Shown: positions 49,121 through 61,027 of the stretch, in pieces
How the letters are laid out: every line of letters begins with the position of its first letter
Position numbering within the stretch: the stretch's first letter is position 1
Origin: Vicugna vicugna
Taxonomy: Eukaryota
Assembly: GCA_013265495.1 (NCBI GenBank)
Contig: MU058213.1
Location: 1,240,001-1,304,000 of the forward strand
Direction of reading: 5' to 3'
DNA length: 64,000 bases
Notes under the pieces: model-generated
Told to the model about the DNA's origin: nothing
The model's input: the letters and a program-made list of their open reading frames with translations, nothing else
Database searches by the model: none
Program-made: the position numbers and the translations under genes

Positions 49121-52100
49121 TATTCTGCCATTGTTAGAAAATTAGGTTGCATCCAGATTTTCAATGTTACAGTTGAGGCTTTGAATAAATTTGACTGGAA
49201 AGGCTTTTATATATTTGGGATGACTTCCTTAGGTTGGCTTTCCAGAAGGTGAATTATTGGACTAGATGGGATGCATGATTCTAGAGCTCTTGCTAACACA
49301 TTGCCAAATTACTCTTCAGGATGCTTGTACCAATATTCTTGCCCCCCAGCAGTGTACAATTGGAACCTGAACTTGAAGGGCATCGCTGATGTCTTTTATG
49401 GATTCTGGGGACAGTGGTTCCAAATACTTTCTGTAAGTAATTCAGAGTCCGTCGTGGACCAGAGACACAGAGAAGAGATGGGCACTAGAGAGAAGGGTCA
49501 GAAGCTTAAATATTACATGGTTTCTTGTCTAAAGGAGAGGACTGCTTCTCATGCTTTTCCAGGGAGGACTGACTGTAGGAAGGAGAAACAGGGTGATTTG
49601 CTACTAACCTTGTTCAGCTGCTCAGAGGCTCCCTTCTACTCTTTAGTCTTTCTTCTGGTGTATCCTATCTCTGACTTCTTTACTGTCTTCTTTTTGCGTG
49701 TGTGTGATTTTCAAGTAAATAATGATATCTGCAGACAAAAACATATTGGAGTCAGAAACCACTTTTCAAGAAATTGCATCTTTTTTTCTTGGAAAGAAGA
49801 TAGTATATTATTTATCATATTGTATGTAATACTCAATTAGCTTTAACAAATATTAGGCACCTGGTCTCTGGGGATACAATGATGAATAAAATATATTATG
49901 ATAGTTTGTTATCATTAACATGAATCCTATAATAACCATACTGGTTGTAGAGAGTAATAACCGTCATGTCCATTATTAGCAATAACACTTAAGATTAGTA
50001 TAGTGACAAGCAGTGCCCGAGAATTTCTTGTTATGAACAGTGTTTTTCCAGGTACTGCAGGAAATGAGATGTTACAGTATAGGTGGATTCCCCCCCCGCC
50101 ACCCCGAGTTTCCAGATCTTCCATAGCTGAGCAGACGTGACAGATTGGTTGCTTATTAAAACTGGCACAGTGCCCTGCGGGGCTAACATGTTAATAATAA
50201 GTAGTGCCCTGCCCCTCATTAGCATCCCCCAGGATCTGCCATTGCTGCATTGGGTCTCCATTCTGCCCCCAACATTCCACTGAGCCTCCAGCAATAGGGT
50301 TTCACTGGTGCTCATACATCATAGGTGACTCTTTAAAAAGGGATCTTAGAGATGGCAGGATAATTTAACGGCCACGTGTAACATTTGTAGCTGAGATAAT
50401 GATGAAAGCAATGAAACCTTGGGGTCCAGAGCAGGATCTTTTCACCAGACAGGGTGAAGAAGGCAGTCCATGCATGCTGTGAAGGAGTTTCTTTGAAGTA
50501 TTTTTGATCTTCCTTTGAATGTTCATGTATTTGCTAATAGAGCATGAGAGAAGGAAAAATATAGAAATAGCTAAAGAGGGAACCATGGTATTTTGAGCTG
50601 GTGTGATAGAGTGAGTGCTTTCCTTGTATGGAGGAAAATGGAAGAGGGATGATCTTTTCTACAGACCTGTGGAAACCTAGCCACACTGTCCAGTCTGGGA
50701 AACTCTTAGCTATAAACACCACACTCCAGTTCTTCCTGGAGAGGCCTTTCTTGGCTATGTCATACCCTGAACAGGACAGTTTTTATTCCCTCTATACACA
50801 CATTTCCAGCAAGGATTTACTGATATAATTTATGCATTGTAAGATTTAATGATATATTTATTGCAGTGTTTTAGCTTTTGCTATTTGGCAACACTTTTCA
50901 ATATTACTGAGTTTAAAAAAATGACTGCTGAGAGCTCACATTGTTATTGAACTGATTTTCTCAGGCAATAGAATTTAAACACTCTTGGATAAAATTTCTC
51001 AATATAAATATTATATCTGATCTATTAATTTTATAAGCATATTCATTATTATTACTATTATTAAAAGTAATGAATTCAACTTGGCATTGGATTGCCATAT
51101 AATTAGAGGAATAAAATTCTCTTTCTGAATGCTGAAATCATTGGGAATGGGTAATTTGACTACTCCAGCTAGTTCTGTTATTAATATCAGGGTTGTTCAG
51201 TTCAGTTTCAATTAAAATCAAACATTTATTACTTTCAATTTAATTGAATTGAATTGTTTTCTTTGACTAGGTAATGTGGGTAATTTATGTACAAGGTAAT
51301 ACATGAAATGGTAATAAAATTCAAACAGCATAAAATGGTACACAGAGAAAGTAAAGCTCTGCCCACCGCTGACCCTGTGTATCTCCTGCGTGTCTGCCTC
51401 CTCCTCAGTGGCAACCACTGTTATCAGAAATTTTATGTTTTTGTTTTTTGTTTTGGTGTGTGTGTATGTGTGTATGTATTTTTTGAGAGGTATATCAGAG
51501 ATCAATCTATTTACATCTGTATATAGCTCTATTTGTATATGATTTTATTTTACATAAATGGCAGCACAGTATAAATACTTTTCTTCTTTTGCTTTTTCTT
51601 AATGTTACATCTTGTTCATAGTTTCATATATATTTTAAATGGTTGCCTGTTGTTCCATTGTAACCCCAAAACATTTGGAACATATTCCATGTGCTAGGTA
51701 GGTGTTGCCTGGGAAGCAAAGATGAACATGACAGGCTTCTGTCTCCCAGGGCTCACATTCTAGTGGAGGAGAAGTTATGTACCTGAATAATCATTAAAAA
51801 AAAACAAAACACTATAGGTGTGCTGTAAGAATGCTGTAAGCAGAATTAAATAAATGAACCTAGAAGGAAGAGATTAACTCTATTTGGAAGACATGAAAAG
51901 TCCACCTAGAAGTGTAATATTTGAACAAAGTACTGAATAATGGGTAGATCTCTGACAGCTACGAATGTAGGCTAAGTACACCCAGGCAGGCAGGGGTAGA
52001 AAGGGATGGATGCATACTAAATCTGTTCCCGGCATGGTAACTGTGGGATGTGCTTGGGAAATCAATTTGGAGTTGGGAGTAAGGGTGTTGGTGGGAAGAT

Positions 52101-52163
52101 GGGAGCTGGGATGAAGCCAGAAAGAAGGTTTGTTGCTTTAAATGTCAGAGTGAAGAGCAAAGC

Positions 52164-52166
<3 letters not shown>

Positions 52167-52200
<34 letters not shown>
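52167..52200. repeat. (GT)17 microsatellite
   Basis: Read directly from the sequence. Confidence 0.95.
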
Positions 52201-52203
<3 letters not shown>

Positions 52204-53822
52204 GAGGCCCAGAGAAATGGGTGAAGATGGAGGAGGGAAAGCTTTTGTATACGCCAGATGTAGGGAGGCTCTGAATTAGAGCAAGTTTTGTGGGAGAAGA
52301 AAGGAAAAGATGAATTCCTGAGACATTACAGAGCTAATTTTTCTTAGGAATAAGGGTTGGCAACTTTGTAACATCATTAGCCGTTCTAAATCTATTCCCT
52401 GATGAACTTGGAGTTTTGAATGCCTAATGAGGACAATATGACTGACAACCCATTTATGATAATATACCTTAATAGCAAAGCCAAACACATTTGTTTTAAC
52501 AGAGACATGCAACACCACTAATCTGCAGAAGAAAAATAACTGTGGGGTGGCACCCCTTGCCATGCAGGTATCACGGACATGGCTGATTGGAAAAGTCACT
52601 GAATAATTGTGTGTGTGGGATTCGGAATTGAAACAGGGAGCACACGTCTATGTTCCATTGTGCCACTACTTGCAAAGGTGATTTTTACAAGCAAAAGTGC
52701 TAGAAAACCTTTAAAGGGCAAAAAATGATGGAAAATAAAATGCTCCAGGTGACTTCAAAAACAAAGTATAAGTGACACTTTGCAAGCCAACTTCATTAGT
52801 CTGTCTCTAGCATGAGCTCTGACAAATGGATATGACTTTTTTTTCTTCATTATTTGGGATTTCACAATTTCAAGTGGTTCTCTATTAGGAAATGGGGAAG
52901 GTAGACAATTAGAACGTGAGTTTGTCAAATTTAAATTGAACAGATTCTTAAAATAGCATACTTAAAAATTTATAGATTCATCTTAGCCCACAATAGCTTT
53001 TTCTTTTTTTTTTTTTTTTTAAAAAATTAGATCTCTCTTTGCCCTCCAGGGGCAAATACATGTAGCACAGTAAGTGAAATTAATATCCTTTTCTATGTGC
53101 CCCTAATAAATAGTTTCTTGCCCTGAGCAGTGACTATTTGCAAGGCCTGTCAAATATTTCAAATAGCTGGCTGGAGAGACGCTCAGATGAGTGATCCACT
53201 GCCTTTGTTTGGCACAAGCCACTTCAAAAGTTCAAAGCAAGTGGTAAGTCTCACCAAAGATTCTATGGGCTCTCACCATCCTTAGGGCTGGGGATTAAAG
53301 ATTCTGTAACATGGGAGCTGTGACTGTGTTGAGTGAGGACATTGGCTGGAACTTAGCAATCTTCATGTTCCCTGGAGATCAGGGTGGCCAGAAGCAGTGA
53401 AGGAAAGGCATTGGATTGCACAAGCTTTTGGCCACATGGCTTTTGGCTCAGCCTTCAAAACAATGCAGAAAGGCTCTCTGCAGTTTCCTTTATCCTTGAC
53501 CTTCCCCTAAACACTCCCAGAGTCAGGAATGGCTAATTGTTCAAAGGCTTCTGAAATAGTGAGTTGATTTCTGTTCCCTTGTCACCTATTTGTCCTAGCA
53601 CTACCCAGAAAGCAGAACTTCAGAATGCATAAGAATCACCCAAGGGTGCTTTTTCTTTTTCTCTTTTCTTGAATATTTTTTATGAAAAAATTTAAACATA
53701 ATGAACAGTAGAGAAAATTATATTAAAAACTATGTCCAATTTAAACAGTTATCAATATTTTGTAAACATTATTTCATCTATCTCTCCTGATTTTTTTAAT
53801 GGAGTAATTTAAAGCAAATCTC

Positions 53823-54621
53823 CACTTCACACCAGTCAGAATGGCCATCACTCAAAAGTCCACAAATGACAAATGCTGGAGAGGCTGTGGAGAAAAGGGA
53901 ACCCTCCTACACTGCTGGTGGGAATGCAGTTTGGTGCAGCCACTGTGGAAAACAGTATGGAGATTCCTCAAAAGACTAGGAATAGACTTACCGTATGACC
54001 CAGGAATCCCGCTCCTGGACTTATATCTAGAAAGAACCCTACTTCAAAACGACACCTGCACCCCAATGTTCATAGCAGCACTATTTACAATAGCCAAGAC
54101 ATGGAAACAGCCTAAATGTCCATCAACAGATGACTGGATAAAGAAGATGTGGTATATTTATACAATGGAATACGATTCAGCCATAAAAACCAACAACATA
54201 ATGCCATTTGCAGCAACATGGATGTTCCTGGAAATGTCATCTAAGTGATGTAAGCCAGAAAGAGAAAGAAAAATGCCATATGACATCATTCATATGAAGA
54301 ATCTAAAAAAAAAACAACAAAAAACCCCACATAAATATAAAACAGAAACAGAGTCATAGACATAGAATACAAACTTGTGGTTGCCAAGAGAGCAGGGGGT
54401 GGGAAGGGACAGACTGGGATTTCAAAATGTAGAATAGATAAACAAGATTATACTGTATAGCACAGGGAAATACATACAAGATCTTATGGTAGCTCACAGC
54501 GAAAAAAAAATGTGACAGTGAATATATGTATGTTCATGTATAACTGAAAAATTATGCTCTATACTGTAGTTTGACACAACATTGTAAAATGACTATAACT
54601 CAGTAAAAAAAGTTAAAAAAG
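53823..54621 (+). mobile_element. Young 5'-truncated L1 inserted in an older antisense L1
   Basis: Open 135-aa ORF2 C-terminus ([19 protein letters not shown]...), 3'UTR, A tail; TSD agcaaatctc at 53813-53822 and 54622-54631. Confidence 0.9.
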
Positions 54622-56569
54622 AGCAAATCTCAGTCATCATATAATTTCAACTTCATGTACTTCAATATGCATCTCTGCCAGATGACACTTTTTTCCTATA
54701 CATTCACAATACCATTATCACACATAATACAATTAGCAATAATTCCCTAATATTAGCTAATACCCAATCCATATTCATATTGACCTAATTGTCCCCAAAA
54801 TATTTTTAAAGGTGACTTCTACACATTATACATTGCACTGAATTTTATATTTCTTGTGTCTTTTAATCTATGACAATCTCCCATGCTTAAAAAAATATAT
54901 CACTTATTTGTTGAAGAAAGCAAATCATTCATCCTACAGGATATGCAGCATTTTGGATTTGGCTGACTGTATCCTCAGAGTGAATTTTAATTAGTATGCC
55001 ATTATTTTCTGTTCACTGTTAGTCACTTAGATTCAAGACTTGTTTAGATTTAGTTTCATTTCAGGGACAAGAATACATGACGGGTGGTACTGTGTGCTTC
55101 CTGCTGTGTGACAGCAGAAGGAGTCATACTTTTAGTGGTGCTGAGTTTGAGTCATGGGTTCAAGTGTTATGATCTTGAAAATGCTGATTCATAGGTCCAC
55201 CCTAGACCTCTGAATCAGAATCTCTAAGACAACAGTTCAGGTGATTCTGAGACAGATGACCCATGGAGCACCACTGCCTGAGAAACACTGTCCTAGAGAA
55301 GCATTCTGAGGTCAAAAGAAACAGCAGATGTTCACCTGGTCCAGAAAGAAAAGGACCTCCAGTTGGTCAAAATAAGTTTTGGCACTTCAAATTTTACACT
55401 CTTTTCAGAACTATCTTAGCAGTTTCTGCTGCTATTTCTTTTATTTTTTAACAACAATGGGAATTTATTGGTTCATGAAGACAAATTTCAGGTATGGTTT
55501 GATCTAGGACTCAAATAGAGAGACCCGATTTCTTTCCATTTCTCTGCTGTCTGTTCTCATTCCTCCATTCTCAAGCAGACCCTTGTCTGGTGATTAGAAG
55601 CTGGATGCAGTAACCCCCAAGGTCATGTCCTTTCTCATTCACATCTAGCAGGAAAGAGCAGATTCTACTTCTTGTGATACTTCTCATCTTCAGAGACTTC
55701 TTACTACTGAGAGTTTATCTGCATTGAAACAGAGGAAGCTTCCTTTGCTTTATTTCCCAATTAAGCATATTTCCAAACACATATTTCAGTGCTTCAGAGG
55801 CATCTGAAGCTGGCAGGTTAGAGAAATCTAACCTCAGTAGATGGAGAGGACTTCAGACTTTATCTTGGTCAGGCCCTGGTCTTTGGTTTCGGTTTTTAGC
55901 TGAGGCTCAGAGAGCTTAGGTGATTTTCCAGAGGCCACATAGACAGAGGCAGAGCTATGTCAGAAGCTCTCTTCTGTGAAGGCTGAAGCTCCACATTATA
56001 TGGGAAATCCCACATGTGGACTCTATTTCTTAGATAAGTGTTTGAAGATTCTTTTTGGTTCTTTAACATCTGAAACTGCTTTCCTTTATCAATCCTGAAT
56101 GTGTTTGTTTTGGAGGTCAGTCAGAAGCAGCGGCAGGTACCATTCATGGCCTGCCTTTTGAACCTTGGCTGTAGGAGGTGGGGAGCTGCAAGGCTTTTAT
56201 ATCAAACATTTAAAAAGGACAGACCTTAGAAATCTCAGAGTGAGAAACTTTAGGGTGCAATATATAAACAACTTACCCTAAATGTTTTATGTATATACAT
56301 ATATATATACAGACACACATATGTATGTATATAATGTAATATATTTAATATATAACTGTATTTATTAAAAACTATCTATAATGTATATGAGTTTTAAAAT
56401 ATTTATTGGGCAAGTACTATAAAACAAAAATAATAAAATCAGAGTAATCTGTAATTTTCCTACCCTTTCCAGATCATCTACTTTAATTTTTTTCTTGCTC
56501 TCTCCCAGCCCCTTTACATATGTATTCATACAGCAAGAATGTTGCAGAAAGATGAAGGGCAATGCCTCC

Positions 56570-56790
56570 AGCATCAGATAGGTCTAGGTTCAAATCCTGA
56601 TGTAGCTACTTACTGGGTAATCTTAGGCAAGCTGCCTAAATTCGTACACTTTTGTTTCTGAATCTGTAAAAATGAAAATAATAAAACCACTAGATATATC
56701 AATTGATTTTTGTGAGTGTTAATTGGGATAATGCTTATAAAGAGTTTAATACAGCAAAACCCACATACTGTATAGACATTAGCTATAATA
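56570..56790 (+). mobile_element. MIR SINE relic
   Basis: ggttcaaatcctgatgtagctacttactgggtaatcttaggcaag...atctgtaaaaatg. Confidence 0.6.
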
Positions 56791-58239
56791 ATATTATCAT
56801 AATTATATGTTTTACATAGTCATAATTGTAGTGTAGATATGCCTTTTTCTGTGTTCACATAATATGTGATCAACGTGAAACATTTTATCTGAAATAACTA
56901 AAAATTTCTACAGAAACAATTTCTTGTGAAATTCAGGATGCTTTACTCCTTTGCTCTCCAGCCCAAATTTCCTGTCCTGATGTCACATGTTGAGTCCTAT
57001 GCAGTCCTTAATTATTTTGGGTCCACTCATGGCAACTGGGCAACAGCTCTTTCTTTCCTTTTCTTGGCAGCTGGGCCAGCACTAGGTCAGGATGCACAGA
57101 TACCATCTGTGGCCAGTGGCCTCGGGGGCAGTGCTTGGCTGGACAGAGCCTTGGGTGGGCTTAGTCAGTCTCACTAAGTTGGCTCCACTTGATTTTCGAA
57201 GAAGTCCCAGCTTTTCCCTTCCCACTATAGTTAGGCATGTAAGAATTATGGAGATAACAATGGGGTCTTGCATTTAGAGTCTCTTTCTTTCTCTGTCTCT
57301 GTTTTTCCAAGGTGCTCTTTTGAAAGAACAAAAATTCATCATTAAATGGCAAGCATTCCTGTGAGGGAAAAAGATACATAGAAAGAAAAAGAGAGACTGG
57401 ACCCTTAGGTAATTCCATAATGGCTGGACCAGGGTATGGATGGAAAAGTGGAGAGTAAGAGGAAAGCTGCCTGTCAAAGGCTCCTGCCCCTTTGTTCTCC
57501 CAGCATTCTCTCTTCTGGAAGATGTTATCTGAGCACTTTGAGATGTACGGCCTATCATCTCCATCCTAGCTTAGCTCTAGGGGTCTAGGTAAGCGGTTAA
57601 GGTGGTAAAACTTGCCTCTCATGTTTTCCTAGGTCCTGCGGGCATCTCCTCACTTTGCCTCTACCTGCCCACCTGCCAGCCCAGTCATGGAATATTCTAT
57701 TCCTTAGGCTGTTCAGATAAAATGAAATCACAGGTGGTAGTAATGTAACATGTTACCCTTCCTGGGAAGTTCATATTTGTAAATCTGGAGAGAGTGAAAT
57801 ATTTGCAACTCAGAATCAGGAGACTTGGACTAAAATCCTATTAACTAGTAGGCTGATCTTAGACTAAGTCATAATATATTTTGGCCTCATTTTCTCACTC
57901 TTCAAGGAAAAGAAACTTAATTAGATGATCTTAACATCTAGAACTTAGTTTTCTGTGAGTATCTGTATCTGTGAAGCAGCTCATGGGGGGTGGGGAATAC
58001 TTTTGAATGGAGGGCCTTTCTGGTACCTTCTAAATCCGTCACAATCTCTGCATTCTGCTCCATGTTACTCCCCTGAGAGAGACGAAGAACTTTTGGGGAG
58101 CCCAGAATGAGGGCAGCAGGTGCCATGGTTGTGATCCATACCCTCTGGGGCCATGAGCTGGGAACTACCAGATAGATTTCTCTTGGAAATGTGTAAGGAG
58201 TGACCTGGGGAATGAACCACTTGCTTTTAGCTGTATATG

Positions 58240-59322
58240 ACATTGTTTTGAGGCAGGGAATGGCATGTAGGCTACCATTTAAGAGACTAGGTTTTCTTAA
58301 ATAACTGTAGCTTTATCTTATTTGGAAATGGTCTACCCATGAATAAAGGCGCCACCCACATTTCTGCCTGGAGATTTATCAGGGGTCCCCCAACCTAAAA
58401 GTTTCAAGTTTGTCTCAGGATACAAAACAAGACAATCAACAAGGCAATAGTTGTTCCTGAGAGATAAAGGATCAAAAGTCCAACGTTTTCCCTGTCAGTC
58501 TGAATTTGGAAAGGAAGGGACAATGTGAAGTTTTACCTTCCTCTCTTGACCAGTCACCATAGACAGAGGTCTGGGAGAGTTTCTTTGGTGAGAATCCTCA
58601 CTCTTTGACAGCTCCTGCCAGTTTTCCCAGGTTCTCATCTGCAGTCTCTGGAGCAAGTGAGGTGTCCCAGCAGGTCTCATCCTGGTCACCAGAAACTGTA
58701 GAGAAGGAAAAATAATTTTCTTTTTACCCATTATGCTGAGTGCTTGACTGAGACCCCCTTTGCTCTAGGGCAACTTGTAAATGGATAAGCTTATCTAAGA
58801 TGGTTGAGATTTCCTCACTGTGGCCCCATAATTTAAGATTATCTTGGCAAGGTTAACCTACTTGTTCAGCCTTGAAACAAAATTTTGTCACCAGAGGCCT
58901 CATGATGGACCCAGTCAAATTTGAGTTGCACCCAGACTGACCTTGGATCTGGTCCAGTTTCTAAGTCAGAACCCATATGACTCCAGCTGGTTTTCAGACC
59001 CACAGCACGGAAAAAATGCTTTTGAGCATTTCTGAATGCTGAAGTCTGAAACCTCATAACACAAAAGTCATGGAGCTAGGATCCTAGAGGGACTTACCCA
59101 CACCTGCAGAGGCAGCGAGAAAGCAGAGAGCTCAAGGGGCTCCCAGGTGCCTATGCCTGGATACTCGTTGCTCCTGGGGGTTGTTGGGGGTCCCCTTCAG
59201 TACCCTCTTCTAACACCAGAACTGTTAAAAACTAAACTGAGGCATATTAAAAATTCAAGAGTTTCTTTGAGCAAAAATCAATTAAAATTGGCAGCAGCAA
59301 ACCAGAGGTGGTTAGGAGCCTC
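58240..59322 (-). mobile_element. Degenerate ERV: LTR end (59223-59322), primer-binding site (59201-59218) and leader/internal remnant
   Basis: Minus strand ...TTTTAACA gttc TGGTGTTAGAAGAGGGTA, i.e. LTR terminus CA followed by a TGG primer-binding site. Left boundary uncertain. Confidence 0.55.
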
Positions 59323-60212
59323 CCCATTTCATATTTACTTGGTGTGCACTGGGTTAGATCCTTTGGGGAAAGTAGATGACATCCAGTCTCCATCTTCCAC
59401 CAGCATTGAAGTCAAAAGGCACCACTTTACCAGTGAAAATATGGATGTTCTTAAAAAAGATTTGCCTCTTCAGTGATATCTGTTTTTCTATGTTTGATGA
59501 TTTTGGTCTTCTCTAGGGCACTGCGTCCGTCAATGGGGAAATGGTGAGGTTAGTCTTTTGGCTTGACCTCTGGCTTTCTTTGCTTCTGCTGTTTTCAACT
59601 TTTTCATCAGTTTGGTTTGCTGAGTTTTCTCCTTTCTTTCCTGTTTCCCTCTTTTCTTTCTTTGTTTTTCTTTGCTCTGATCTTCTCATCTTTTCTCTCC
59701 CATTCCTCCCTCACTCCCTCCTTTCCTTCCAATACGGTTTTATTCAATTCCAACACATTTTTTGCTTTGTATTCTAATACAATTTCGCCTACTATGTGGA
59801 AAAAGGTAAATACACTGCTAATTGTCATGTGGGCAAATACTTAAAATACAAAGCAATACATTTTTTATTTTTATTGTATTTTTTATTTTATTTTATTGTA
59901 AATTCACATGCAAAGTGATTTAGTTGTATAACATAAGAGAAACTGACTTTGACTCAGGATTGGGGAAAGGTTTCACAAAAGAAGTGAAATTTAGTACAAA
60001 CCAGGTACAAGTGGAGTACCAAGTACATAGTGGAGGGAAGAAGTACCTGTATGTGTGATGGAGCCAGTAAGTCTGGAGAACAGAAAGAAATTTGGAGTGA
60101 CAGCATCAGGAATGTGAAACACTGACTAAGATAGAAAAGTTTGATTATATAGGTCAAATCCTGGTTCTGAAGAGTTTGTAAGTAATGCTAAGGTGTTTAG
60201 AATCTTATTCTG

Positions 60213-60400
60213 TATATATAAAATAAATAAACAAGTTCATACTGTATAGCACAGGGAACTATATTCAATATCTTATAGTAGCTTACAGTGTAAAAGAATA
60301 TGAAAATGAATATATGTATGTTTATGTATGGCTGGGGCATTGTGCTGTACACCAGAAATTGACACAACATTATAAACTCACTATACCTCAATAAAAAAAA
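60213..60400 (+). mobile_element. Short young L1 3' end
   Basis: Same 3'UTR family as 48685-49120; TSD-like aatSttattctg on both flanks. Confidence 0.75.
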
Positions 60401-60627
60401 AATGTTATTCTGGCCAACAGCTTTCAATGACATTGCTAATTTTCTAAACAGAGAATATACATCATGAGCTCTGAATTTTAAAGTTTAAAATGATATTATC
60501 AAAGGAGATAACAGTGATAATAGTAAGAGCTGACATTTACTGTGCATTTACTGTGTAGAGACACTATGTTAGCCACTTTATATTCATTATTGTATTTGAT
60601 TCTTACCATCACATCACAGGGTGGGAG

Positions 60628-61027
60628 TGTTATGGGCTGAATTGTGTCCCCCTCAAAAAATTCATGTGTTAAAAGTCCTAATGCTCAGCATCTCAGATGA
60701 AATCATATTTGGAGATAAGGTCTTTACAGAGGTAATTAAGATGAGGCTGTTAGGACAGGCCCTAATCCAATCTGACTGGTGTCCTTACAAGAAAAGGAAG
60801 TTTGGGTGCACAGAGAGACACCAGGGATGTGTGAGCACAGAGAAAAGACCATGTGAGGACAAAGGGGGAGTGTGGCTACCCGCATGCCTAGGAGAGAGGC
60901 CTTAGCATTAAACCAGCCCTGCTGACACCTTAGATTTCTAGCCTTCAGAACTGTGAGAAAAAAAGAACTGTTGTTGAAGCCCTCAGTCCATGGTACTTTG
61001 TTATAGTGGTCCTGGTAAACTAATACA
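60628..61027 (+). mobile_element. MLT1 (MaLR) solo LTR inside a MIR
   Basis: tgttatgggctgaattgtgtcccc...taaactaataca, TG...CA termini, 400 bp. Confidence 0.85.

Noticed and set aside
59325..59720. Purine-rich minus-strand stretch resembling a processed pseudogene
   Set aside because: No sustained frame, no recognisable parent protein, no clear poly(A) or TSD.
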